This document shows, piece after piece, positions 12,703 to 23,724 of a stretch of DNA of 64,000 nt. The first letter of the stretch is position 1; every line of letters begins with the position of its first letter. The stretch spans positions 1,054,001-1,118,000 of the forward strand of contig JAMWBK010000002.1 of NCBI GenBank assembly GCA_029953675.1, given 5' to 3'. This DNA is from Rhodosorus marinus CCMP1338 (Eukaryota > Plantae > Rhodophyta). Both the position numbers and the translations under genes were made by a program. Below the pieces are notes generated by a model. The model ran no database searches. It was given only the letters and a program-made list of their open reading frames with translations, and was not told the DNA's origin.

Positions 12703-15700
12703 ATGGATTCTCTGGTGAGAGACTCAGAGGGTACGGATGAACCGGACGAATGTAGAATATGTCGTAGTGGCCCAGAGATGAATAGGCCGCTGTTCTTTCC
12801 GTGTAGATGTTCAGGATCTATAAGGTTTACTCACGAGGATTGCTTGGTGCAATGGTTGACGCAATCTGGGTCCTCTAAATGTGAATTGTGCCATTATCAG
12901 TTCAAATTTGAACGCGAGTATCGCCCTGGGGCTCCGAGGAAGCTCTCTGCCGGTGACATGTTAGTTGGGCTTATGGGAAGGCTGAAGCACATGGTCCGTT
13001 CGGCAGCTCGAATTCTCCTCGTTCTCACCGTGTGGATATTTCTGCTGCCTGTTGGGACTTGCTGGACTTGGCACGCTGTTTTCCTCGAGAGTCCCACCGA
13101 GATATTGCCTTTTGTTACAAGCAGAGGCTTGCTCGAAGTATCTATTGATGCCTTCTATGGATGTATTCTGTCGGCTGGTATTGTTCTAGTGTTCTTCGGT
13201 ACGTCCTGGACTTATCAATATCGTTATGGTCCCGGCGTCATTTTTCGCTTTAGGAGTTGATTCGTATTTAGCTTTGAGGATTTTGAAAGTTGTTTTGTGG
13301 CGTTCGAATAGGGGTGTCTTCGTTTTGTGAATATCTTGGCAATCTTCCTGATATGGGGGAAGTGCAACCAGATCACAACCACGTTGAGGTGCGGGAAAGA
13401 GTGCAGTACGACGAACCTAGGGGTGCCGTTCTAGTCGATGACGATTTTGCAGAGGACCGGGACGGGCCGGCGGGTGGCTACTTCGCCGACACTGGTATGC
13501 CGGCGCAGGCTGAAGCTGAAACTGTAGCTGAAAACGACGAGCCGGACTTTGAGGACATTCTTGAAGGGGACATGGACGACGCAGCTTTTGAGCCTCTCGA
13601 GGAGGTGGTTGGATTGCGAGGTCCTCTACGCAATCTTTTTGACAACGCGGGGACGGTTTTGGTCAGCAATGCAATTCTTCTCGTAGTCTTTGCACTGGTC
13701 CCCCTGTTGGTAGGACGTTTAACTCAGAGAGTTGGTTACCTAAGCTTTGGGTATCCTCAGCTCCTCAATTCAACATCGACAGCTCAAGCAATTTCGGAGC
13801 CGACCACAGAAGGTAATGCCGCTCCCGCCTCATTTTGCTTTTCGCAGTCCCTCTGGGATCGAGCACCGTTGCTTAGATAACGTCTCCTTGAAACGTAGGT
13901 TCAGAAGCACCGGAGACCGTCAAGGTCGGGAATCTCGCAACGATTTTGGTGGGCTACACTGTTCTCGGATTTCTTGTTTGTTTCTCTGCAATAATTGCGA
14001 CGTTGTTGGGCAACCGATACCCGCGCCTGAATACTCCTATCGTGAGACACGTTATGCGGTTTCTTCAACACGTGGGAACGTTCCTGAAGGTCGTCTTATT
14101 CATTCTGTTCGAGTTTGCCGTGTTCCCACTTGGCTGCGGGTGGATGCTCGACGCATGCATTGTAGGCTTTGCTGACTCGAGTTTTGCGGAACATGTGAAG
14201 TTTCTTCACTCATTTCCATGGACGTCTACAGCGATGCACTGGGTCCTGGGGATCATCTACATGATTTCTGTTTCTCTCTCAGTGTCCGTCATCCACGAGG
14301 TTCTTCGACCTGAGCTGCTGCGGTTTATTCGTAACCAAGACGATCCGGATCCCCACCCGTTCAGGGAAATAGTGGAGAAGCCTTTGTCTTGCCATGCGAG
14401 AAGGATGTGCTTTTCTGTGCTGATTTATGTCCCGATGATTTTGCTACTGGTACGTATTCTGCGGTTATTGAGGAGAACTTTTATGGGGGAATCGGATGAG
14501 TGGACTAAGAAGCGGCTTTTCTACAGGTTCTCGTGCCAATGCAAGTCAGTGAAGCCGTTCTGCCTTGGATGTTCCCGTTGCGATTCCGTTTAACCCATCC
14601 TTTGCTGGACATCCCTGCGGACCTTTTATTGTTGCATGTGGTTTTCGTCCCACTCGCGGGCAATGTTCGGCATTCACACCCACGAAGCCTTCTCCGCTCA
14701 GTGCTGAGAGTCTGGATGGAATGGGTTGGGGATTTACTTGGAGTGAAGGAGCATGTGCTCAAGAACGAGCACCGAGACGATGACGCCCATGAGCCGGTGG
14801 CACAGGATGGTATTGAACCGAGCTCGAGTGCTGACTATCAGGTTCCCAGGACTGGGATGCTTGGACCAGATCTTGAAACTGTGTACTGATGTCCTGGTTG
14901 TGTTTATGTTCTTACGCCGCTCGCAGGGCCCAGTAGCAGACAGGATGCCACAGGGGACCTGTGTCAATTTTACCGTCTTCGAATTGGCGTGGTTCTGTTC
15001 CTTACCTGGATTGTGCTCCTTGTCGGAACTAGTTTACTCATCGTTCTACCAACAGTCCTGGGGAGAAGCATCTTCTCCTTTCTACAGATTGACTGTAACC
15101 ATGATATCTATGTCTTTGCTTCTGGACTGCTGATTCTCTGGTGCGCGCTGGAGGTGGCGCTATCTTTGCGTTTGTAAGTGCAGAGTTCTTGTCTAGTGTT
15201 GGAGCAATCCGCCGCTAAGAATTTTCCTTTTTTTTGCGTGACGAACAGCGTACTAGTGTCTTTCGCTCAGCACGAGGCTATACGGCGGTTTCTGTCCGGA
15301 CTCCGAGCTGCCGTGAGGGTGGCCATAATTACCGTCTTGTGGGCAGGTCTTCTCCCCCTGCTCTCCGGCCTGTTCATAGAGTTGACTGTCTTAGTCCACT
15401 TCAGAGGAGATGGATACGAGTTCAGAGGAAGCACCCTCCTGCAGGTATGTAGTCACTTGAACCAGGGAGCATGTTCCGTAAGTTCGCTAGGATGGTCCGG
15501 ATGTTAAGCTCTTCGTGCGTTTTCCGTGTTCTTAGGATTGGGCTGTGGGTACTCTGCTCGAAAAGGCGCTTAGAGCTGTGGTTTTATCCGGCGAAAGGCG
15601 CGAGGTTCGATGGATTGAGTGTTTGGAATGGATTCACACTGGTAATGTGGCTCGTATGGATGAAGAGTTCAGCACGATCATACGATGGACAATCACACCG

Positions 15701-15976
15701 TGGTTGATGTTGTGGATTGGACTGCTTGTATGTCCTTTGCTAGCTACACAGCTGGGTCATCTCCTTTTCCCCGCCTCCACGGAAGAAATACTTTCAAGAG
15801 GGAACTATGCTTACATTATGTGCGCGTGCGTCTATCTCAACGTTTGGATGCTCAGCCATATCCGTCATGCTGTAATGCGGCTACATGACAGCATTCGGGA
15901 CGACAAGTATTTGGCTGGAATAAGGCTCCATAATTTTGTTTCGGGTTTGGAAAGCCAGAACAGCGCTTTGGGTTAG
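12703..15976 (+). CDS. MARCHF6: ER membrane E3 ubiquitin ligase MARCHF6/Doa10/SUD1
   Basis: RING-CH domain CRICRSGPEMNRPLFFPCRCSGSIRFTHEDCLVQWL...CELC. TD-like PLEEVVGLRGPLRNLF and FIRNQDDPDPHPFREIV. Many TM helices. C-terminal IRDDKYLAGIRLHNF. Confidence 0.95.
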
Positions 15977-16069
15977 AGTACTTGACTAGCACTCGTGGGA
16001 TCCTTTTACAACGCTGCGTGTAATTTTCATTTTTATTTTGCGTTGTTGTGTTAGCACAAAAAAAAACCA

Positions 16070-16585
16070 ACAATTGAACTGCCGGGCTCCACTGTCAAGA
16101 CACGGTTCGGCCGCAGAGCTTCCGGAACGAGATCCGCCGAAAGAGTCAAGAACTGCCCGCCACGACCCGTAGCGGGGTTGTGTACCGCTTGGCAGGGCAA
16201 TACATTTCTGAAACGCAGCCTCCAGCTCATCAAAAACGCCTCCGAGCCTCGAGCTGAGAGTCACGTCCAAATTCCCCTCGCGGAGGTCTTGTAACAAACC
16301 ACGCACGGCGGGATTGCTCTCCTTAGACCAAGTAGTTAAAGCGTTTGCTCAAGAACTCACCACGGCCGCCGGTTGGATTATTGCATAATTCCGCACGGCT
16401 AGTCCGCCCATGCGCACAGGCAAGGCCAGCTGGGGGTGAAGGACAGTCTGTTCGTTCTCCCCTAGAGTAGAGAGGTCTGCGTCCACCAGTGTGCTCAAAA
16501 CGTCCCTCGCACGCTGATCAGCGCGAATAGCTAGCCAAGCCCCCCACGTCGAAGGGAGCTGCTGCAGAAAGTCACAAAACTGTAT
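16070..16585 (-). mobile_element. Internal fragment of a CRE-like non-LTR retrotransposon (post-RT thumb region)
   Basis: One frame is open for ~165 codons except for a single TGA (16351-16349). It contains QLALPVRMGGLAVRNYAIIQPAAVVSS, the LP..GGLG.R...PAA..SS motif that follows RT in REL-type LINEs. It shares TWS..S..VR..LRE and WRAVLDS/FKALVDN with the element at 59-60.8 kb. Confidence 0.65.
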
Positions 16586-16588
16586 TTA

Positions 16589-16662
16589 TGCCCTGGGTGA
16601 GACTTGAACTCACGACCTTAAGATTATGAGACTTACGCTCTAACCAACTGAGCCACCAGGGC
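16589..16662 (-). tRNA. tRNA-Met(CAT), elongator type
   Basis: GCCCTGG/CCAGGGC acceptor stem, D arm GCTC/GAGC, anticodon loop CTCATAA with U31:U39 as in eukaryotic elongator Met, T loop TTCAAGT. TTTT terminator ~10 nt downstream. Confidence 0.97.
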
Positions 16663-16870
16663 ACTATATTTGGGAGGTTTTACTTGTTTTATATAAAACA
16701 TTTCTATGCGTGCAGCATATGATGTAGTCAGAGTATTTCCCAGTGCATATGAGTACGACCTCACCGTTGCATCCCAAAAAGCAGAATCTTTTCACGCATC
16801 TACATAAAAACAAGACTGAACTTTTTTCTTTAAAGCAAAAAAAAAAACCTTAAAACGACGCATCTTGAGA

Positions 16871-18802
16871 CTACTTCCTGGCGTCATGGAACTTCCATTG
16901 CCAAAGGGTGGTCGCTCCCCTGTAGAAGACCACCATACCGACTAATATTGCGCAGTTTATCCACATGTTGAATTGATTGTAGTCGTAGCGTTCAAGAACT
17001 TGATCGCCAGATATGGCAGGAGTCCCTGGCTGCCCGTCTACCGGTGGGCATGCAGGCCATTCGGTACCGCCGAACTCATTAATCATAAACGATGAGAAAC
17101 TGTAGGAGTGCAGACTGATGTAATGCATCCATCTCCACCACCAGCCGATGTTGTCGAGGCGGATGAAAAAGCCCATCACGACCATAAAGGCTCCGTATAC
17201 ACACGCGGCAACGGCAAACGCAAGGATCAGGATCGGGATTATTGATGCAATCAGAGTCATCATCCCCTCCGCGACCGTAAGCGCCAGGAACAGGTTCAAG
17301 ATGAAGAAGCAGTACCTCCCAAATTCAGGGTTGTAACCGACCAGCCAGTAGTTGATCGAACCAGCGGTGAGCGCAAGTATGAATGCCATTACAAATCCAA
17401 CCAATGAATGTGCTAGGTTGAAAACGATTACCCCATACGCTCCATTTGCCCTCTCGTGCATAACCAGGTAGCGTTCCTCGATATACGAAGGCAGAACACT
17501 GATACTCATGAAAACCATGAAAGCGGAAATAAAGAAAAGGGCTCCCGCAAAATCGACCACATTACAAGCCACTCTGTCTAGGAGCAGCCACGCTGTACCG
17601 GTGAAGAGACCAAGCATGCAGTACATGGCAACTCGCATCCAGAGTACAAGCGGGTTCCGCAGAGTGTTCAAGAAAATTCGATGCAGCAGAGTGAACAACT
17701 GACTGGCAAAACCGGTTGCATACGACCTCCCGCGGATCTTCTCCGTTGTTTGGTCTTTAGAGCTTACCAAGTCCTCTTCCTCGCGCATCTCATCCTGCAT
17801 CTTTGTGTATTCCTTAGTGGAGGGCCAAGAGTCCAAAATTTCCTCAACCACTTCTTTCTCACCAAAGTCACCGTTGATCTTGTGAATTACGTGCTCAGCG
17901 ATCGAAGTTAGTTCCGGGCACGGGTAGCCAAGGCGCTCAAAGTAGCCCTCAACGCCAGCAGTTGGGCCAAAATAAGCTGTACGGCCTTGCGAGAGAAGCA
18001 GAAGACGATCGCTCATCATGAACACTTCGGTAGCGGGCTGATGAATTGTACAAACGATTGTCAAGCCAAATTCCTTCGCTACTTTTCTAAGGTAAGCAAT
18101 TAGATGCTCGCATGCAGCTGCGTCCAGACCCGAAGTGGGTTCATCCAAAAACAGAATGGACGGCAACGCAAGCAGCTGAGTACCCACGGCCAGCCGTCTC
18201 TTCTGTCCGCCAGATATTCCTCTAACAAAGAGACCTCCAACCTTGACATCTGCTTGTTCAGTCAGGCCCAGGACTGTCAGCGTTTCGTCAACTCTCGGCC
18301 TCCTGACAGCAGCTTCCTTGCAGTAGAATTGAGCTGCAAACATCAGAGTCTCTCGGACAGTCAACGAGGCATACATGTGGTCTTCCTGCTCCACATATTT
18401 GCTCTTCCTCACGAGGAGGTTCTGATCCACCTTGACGCCATCAAGCGTGATGTTCCCCTCGGCGCCATGCGCAATGCGATCCGTTAGTGCGTCAAGGAAC
18501 GTGCTTTTCCCGGCTCCACTAGGACCCATAATAAAGAGCATCTCTCCAGGCGCCACTAGACCGCTCACTTCGTCCAGAATTTTCTTCTGCGCTGACTTGC
18601 CGGAGAACCAACCTTTCTTAGTCTTTACCGTCACGGCCACGTCCCGCCACAGTAAGCATGAGCCGTGTGTCCCCTTAAGGGACTTGGATGCAGCAACGTG
18701 CTCTACCCCAGTAAGCGAGTCGTCAGCGACGACCTTGTTCTCAACCATTGACTCTTCTCCATTCTCCATTCCATTCTCAACTCCATTCTCAACGTCCCCC
18801 AT
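16871..18802 (-). CDS. ABCG (white/WBC) half-size ABC transporter, single exon, 643 aa
   Basis: Walker A GPSGAGKS, signature ISGGQKRR, Walker B LFLDEPTSGLD, CTIHQP, followed by an ABC2 membrane domain. Confidence 0.96.
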   Translation of the reverse strand: MGDVENGVENGMENGEESMVENKVVADDSLTGVEHVAASKSLKGTHGSCLLWRDVAVTVKTKKGWFSGKSAQKKILDEVSGLVAPGEMLFIMGPSGAGKSTFLDALTDRIAHGAEGNITLDGVKVDQNLLVRKSKYVEQEDHMYASLTVRETLMFAAQFYCKEAAVRRPRVDETLTVLGLTEQADVKVGGLFVRGISGGQKRRLAVGTQLLALPSILFLDEPTSGLDAAACEHLIAYLRKVAKEFGLTIVCTIHQPATEVFMMSDRLLLLSQGRTAYFGPTAGVEGYFERLGYPCPELTSIAEHVIHKINGDFGEKEVVEEILDSWPSTKEYTKMQDEMREEEDLVSSKDQTTEKIRGRSYATGFASQLFTLLHRIFLNTLRNPLVLWMRVAMYCMLGLFTGTAWLLLDRVACNVVDFAGALFFISAFMVFMSISVLPSYIEERYLVMHERANGAYGVIVFNLAHSLVGFVMAFILALTAGSINYWLVGYNPEFGRYCFFILNLFLALTVAEGMMTLIASIIPILILAFAVAACVYGAFMVVMGFFIRLDNIGWWWRWMHYISLHSYSFSSFMINEFGGTEWPACPPVDGQPGTPAISGDQVLERYDYNQFNMWINCAILVGMVVFYRGATTLWQWKFHDARK

Positions 18803-18913
18803 GGCTGAAGACCAAACGGTATCACCTCAAAACATTCACACGCATGGACACCGCAAGGGACCTGGTACTCCTCGTCGCAACCCCCCAGTCAGCCTCACAG
18901 ACCAGCTCCAGCC

Positions 18914-18921
18914 TTTATATA
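18914..18921 (-). promoter_or_regulatory. TATA box upstream of the ABCG gene
   Basis: TATATAAA on the minus strand in GC-rich flanks, ~110 nt upstream of the ATG. Confidence 0.5.
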
Positions 18922-19207
18922 GCCCCGCCAGAAGCAGATTCGTTTTATTTACAGCGGAGGCATAAACACGCCCACGAGAGCAATCCAGTTGCACAGGAAG
19001 GTCTGTGACAGGATCGCTGAGCGAAATCAACTCGACCACGCAATGCAAAAAAAGGGAAAAAAAACATAACCTCAGCTCATCCGTCCAGATAAAAAAAAAT
19101 CAGACAAACAAAATACCGCCTCTTCCCCTCAACAACCGGGGGATACTGAAAGGTTTACTATATGAAAAAAAGAGTTGAACTGACAAGAAAAGGAAAAGAG
19201 AGAGAAT

Positions 19208-19210
<3 letters not shown>

Positions 19211-19262
<52 letters not shown>
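19211..19262. repeat. (GA)26 microsatellite
   Basis: Directly visible. Confidence 0.98.
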
Positions 19263-19267
<5 letters not shown>

Positions 19268-20089
19268 GGAGGGGGAGAGAGATGGGATAGCATAGAGAGA
19301 GCAGTTGGAAAAAAAAAAGAAATATGAAGGCTCGATTGACGTGTTGCCTTGTCATCCCTGACTGAACCTATAAACAATCATAACAAGGCAAAACCCTAAA
19401 CAGTCAGCGATTTCCACCTCTGCTACTACGAACTCTTGCGCTCAGAGGATGTAGCGAGGCGATGCCGCACAAAATGACATATGACATTTTATCCTCCACT
19501 AAGTGAACACAACCCTCCAAAACGATTAAAATTGTTTCATAAAACAAAAAAGTGCGGTTCCCCCCCCCCCCTTTTTGCATTGCCCACCGCCAAGGCGAGC
19601 ATCTGAGCGCCTTCTCCAAAAAAGGAAAAAAAATTAAAAAAAATTCCTCCCCCTTCCCCTTTCAGTCCCGCCTTCTGCTTTTTCCGAAAATAAATAAAAT
19701 TGTAAACCCCGTCCGAAACTTGAGGCAAAAAAAAAGAGCTTCAAATTTCATCCAAAAGTTTTTTATACAAAGAGGCGAGAGCGGGGAGGGGGTGTATACT
19801 AGAGGGTGTTAAATAAATGGTGATGTATTTCCGTATATTATTATTGGACCACGAAAGTTGCAATAATGGTACTCGCCCAAATCTTCCAACGTGAAAAATG
19901 CTCTTGACGAAAATGGTGTGAATTGTATGGTTATCAAGGACTAGTACCTTGATGAGAGTGGTATTTTTGTTTTGTTTTAATATTTTCCTTTAGGCCGTAA
20001 TTGAAATTATTAGAATTCTGGAGGGTTTGGAGGATGCATGACGAGGAAAAGTATATGAACTGTGAAAGAATATTATATGGATTTCTTGC

Positions 20090-20400
20090 AGGGAGAGCCC
20101 CACCCCCTTGTGAATAGGGCTCCGTGACTTGTTTGTCACGAGAACCCTCCACTGTCAGCGGGGTGCTAGCCCTCATTGAATGACAGAGCCGCGTCGCGCG
20201 AGTTGGTTTGGCTGGTGCCTGACGCTTTTCGGGGTGCACTAGTACGCGGCTTTGGGTCACTGTGCGCCCTTCTTATGACGGGATGCCTAGTCCGCCTCTG
20301 TGCTGATCGCTGGGATGAGGAGGTAAAGCTCAGACGGTAAGGAGCCCCCGGCGCATGGCCGTCAAAATTCGTCTCCGTTTTGGGCTCATGATCATTCCCT
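20090..20400. ncRNA. Candidate structured non-coding RNA of unknown family
   Basis: GC-rich island in AT-rich intergenic DNA with terminal pairing and at least five internal helices (see findings). No convincing ORF. Confidence 0.5.
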
Positions 20401-22748
20401 CATTTGTTCTGCACGTCGAGGACGTTGTTCGGGGCGCGGAACGGGGATCCTTCTTCCCCCCCCCCCTTTCACACAGCCCCCAGAACAATGACTTGGATCG
20501 GATGAGGTAAACCTTCGAAACCTGTACCTGGAATGCTTTCGGGCAATGCTCGCAGTTGTCGGGTTGGCATTGCTTCTTCAGATTTTGTTTTTGTATTCAA
20601 GCGACTCCGGTGCAGAATATCCCCTTCATTAAAAAGCAAAAGTTGTTTAATATATAGCTTCTTCGCTACGTATACGTAGCGTTGTACAAATACACAGTCT
20701 GTCGACCATGCAAGCTCACAATTTCATGCCCGGAGGCTAGAATTTTCCAATTAGACCCACAACAACTAATAGTTTTTCCACTATCAGTATATACGCCAAA
20801 ACAATACCAAAACAAAATATACGTATTCCTTTTCCCTTCAATAACTTGAAGATCCCAAGGTTCATTTTAAAACTTTATAAATACAAGATATCTTTTTTAT
20901 CGAGCTTAGGGGTAGGATAAATTCCTCTTTGCTTGTGAATGATTTTGTTTTTGGAAATAGTTGATAGGTATTTCGAGGACGTACGTCGCTGTCTCAACCC
21001 CGCGCCGTTGAAGCAAATAAAGAATGATTGACGTAAAAACTCTTATTCGAAGAGAAGAGGGAAAGATGTTCAGGGGGTTTGAATAGTGACTTTTTTAATG
21101 TTAAATTGGAAAAAATAGTTTTGATTTGTTTTAGCCCGAGAAACTAACTCTTATCCCCGCCCGCACACTCCTAGACAAGGTTTCCGAATGGATTTAAGTT
21201 GTTCGGCAAATGGCACCCCATCACATAAGTTTTACTTGTGGATCAATTCGTGAAGTGTTGATGTGTTGGGTACTCGCTACGGAGGTGGTGGAACAGGGGC
21301 ATGGCGATGCCCTTGTCATTTTTCTAAAGAAAATTCTTGATTGATATTGGGCTTCCTCTTCAGCAAGAGAATCTTCGGGAGGTCAGCAGCAGGCGCATGG
21401 TGATTCTGATAATGAATCACTGGCACCTAATAAAGGCCTCGGAACACCTGTTATGCACTTGCACATTCACATACCTACACGGGGTGCAACTGACTAGTTC
21501 CCTCCAGCAACGGCCTGATACAGCAGTGCGCGTGTTGTTTTGTAGTCAGCTAAAGAGCTGAAGGAACTATGAACGGTCTTCAACACAATCCTTCTGGCCG
21601 GCCTTTTTAGCGTGACTGTTATGTTTCCATCGCCCCTCGTCAGGGAATCTAACAAATTCGGTGGTGTCTCTATGATGACCGTAAAAAGCGAACGTAGACG
21701 CCGACACCCTCAGCTCATTTCTTAGGAGCCTAGAGTGGAGCTTTGTTCAAAGTTCCCCCGCAATTCGCACTTTGCATTCTGCAAGGGTCTATCGATCCCG
21801 CGTTATTCAGATCTATAGGGTCTCTTCGGATTTGCCATGTTGTGTATGCAACACGCCGCTCTAGGAGGACGATCACCGCACAAACTTGTTCATTTTTCTC
21901 TTGCAAAACCTTGAAAACCCCAACCGATCTCGAGATACCAATTCCCACGTCGTGCTTTAAAATTCGGGCCCTTGGAGGGTGATGGGTTTGATCGGGTTGA
22001 TGGGGATACCCCCCCCGTCTTCTGGCTCGCACAAAAGAACAAGACAAACAGCAAAGATACACACTCAAGTTTTACCTAATCCAATACTGTCTCACGAAAA
22101 GATCCCCGTTCCCCCCCCTCGACCTCTTTTTATGTAGCCAACCCGAAGGCTGATTCCTAGTAAACCCCCAAAGCCAATGTGAACATCATGCGCACAATCG
22201 AGCGCTCCTTCTTCTAAAATCGTAAATAGTCCATAAATATTCTTATCTAGGGGGATGCGCATCGGGAACCCCCGATAAATACCTGAAATTCTTAGAAACA
22301 ATTTGTCATTGAAAGTATGCTGCGCAGATATAAAAACCAACTCTATATTTTGGAGTAGTTTGGGAAGTTGAATTTTGAGCTATCGATCGGGGTGAGCGTT
22401 TTGTAATATTTTCGAATCTTTTGTCCATCTTGGACGGACTCGTAACAATTCAATATCGGCGATGGGAAATATGCGCTCACGGGGTTGTGGACAGGTTGCA
22501 CGTGCAGCAGGTGGAGTCGTCGCCTTCCCCTTTCCCTGCATTTGAACTGAATCGAGTCACGCCTCCCTTTTGGTACTTTTGGCGTTTTACGAACAGGACC
22601 GGGAGGGAAGAGAACGTAAATGCACAGTCGGAGGCATCGGCAGTTCGTTTTCGTTCAAATTCACAGCTGATGCACAAGACCAAGAGGAAAGAGAACGTAG
22701 CACGACTAGCTTTCCAAAATCTTGAGGTAGTTTCGGGGCGTAGTTGAA

Positions 22749-23402
22749 CTAGAAAATAAAGTGTCGCTTAAGAGCAAGAAAACACTTCGATGCAGTCAGG
22801 GTCACCCACAGGATTGGAATAATCCAATCGAAACTCTTGCGGGAAACGGCGTTCCAGTATGTGCGTTTTGCTGGAGTATCAGGGTAACGAAGCTCCTCAT
22901 CGCTTATCCGCATTCGACGCGCATGAGAATCACTCCAATAGGCCAGCATCGGATACACTTATCTCGCAGCCCCGAGCACTGACAAACACCGCTTGTGGAT
23001 GTGAATAGTGGAACAGAACTAGAATAGAGTTGGAGGTTGCAGTTGGCCGATCGCTGTGTGACTTTTCGACTGTCAGCGAAGCCCTGTTCCCCATCGCCCA
23101 TCCACGCTGAGCCCACTTCGAAAGAGACTCAACTGTGCTCGCTTTCGAGGTTTCTGGAGAGAAAATGGGGCCGAAATTATCGTTTAATCTTAATTCTTGG
23201 ACGACGAGTACGTTGCGCAAATAGTCCGTTGATCAGTGAACATCAACCGAAGACGTCTCACAGAGCGCAGGGCCGCAATCATCCTTGAACAAAAACTATT
23301 AGATCGACGCAGCTCTGTTTTCAAAGCATCCACAACCGCTGAACGGAGAGAAGCCAAATCTAATACACCGTACGCATCATTCAACAGTCTCCAACTAAAC
23401 AC
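22749..23402 (-). CDS. Hypothetical protein or decayed gene
   Basis: Protein-like segments (WRLLNDAYGVLDLASLRSAVVDALKTELRR; YPMLAYWSDSHARRMRISDEELRYP). No family recognised. Confidence 0.25.
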
Positions 23403-23452
23403 ATTGGAACGATATACTTTTTAATATATTTTACAGCCAGGGTTCTAACAGA

Positions 23453-23524
23453 TCCCACGTGGTCTAGTGGTTAGGATGCCAGGCTTTCACCCTGGATGCC
23501 CGGGTTCAATTCCCGGCGTGGGAA
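23453..23524 (+). tRNA. tRNA-Glu(TTC)
   Basis: TCCCACG/CGTGGGA acceptor stem, CCAGG-CTTTCAC-CCTGG anticodon arm, GGTTCAATTCC T arm. Confidence 0.97.
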
Positions 23525-23525
23525 G

Positions 23526-23724
23526 TTCTGCCTTTTGGCTTTTCGAGTTGAAGGGCTTTTTTGTACTAACCTGTTTGGGAGTGACGTTGTGCAAGGATAT
23601 TCTATTTCTCTTCCCCTGTTGCTTCTTCTGCCTTTTGGCTTTTCGAGTGGAAGGGCTTTTTTGTACTAACCTTTTTGGGAGTGACGTTGTGCAAGGATCT
23701 TCTATTTCTCTTCCCCCGTTGCTT
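23526..23724 (+). repeat. Two ~100-bp tandem copies immediately 3' of tRNA-Glu
   Basis: Copies start at 23526 and 23626 (ttctgccttttggcttttcgag...) and differ at only a few positions. Confidence 0.95.

Noticed and set aside
15986-16306. HAMP-like look of RGLLQDLREGNLDVTLSSRLGGVFDELEAAF
   Set aside because: The same frame upstream carries the retrotransposon LP..GGL motif and resembles the 59-60.8 kb element, which explains it better.
16349-16351. In-frame TGA as selenocysteine or read-through
   Set aside because: It lies in a transposon fragment without an ATG start, and no SECIS was recognised. A nonsense mutation is simpler.
20161-20190. TPP riboswitch or twister-like words (GGGGTGCT; AGTGGAGGG on the minus strand)
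   Set aside because: CTGAGA/GAACCTGA (TPP) and UAA-P2/L4 elements (twister) are absent.
20499-20524. Hammerhead-like CGGATGAG...GAAA
   Set aside because: The core deviates from CUGANGA, stem II does not close directly before GAAA, and stem I cannot be formed.
20664-20681. Perfect 18-bp palindrome CGCTACGTATACGTAGCG
   Set aside because: It is isolated, with no associated structure or second copy.
23621-23645. GCCTTTTGGCT match to U2 snRNA stem-loop I
   Set aside because: It lacks AAGATCAAGTGTAGTA (the branch-point pairing region) and an Sm site.
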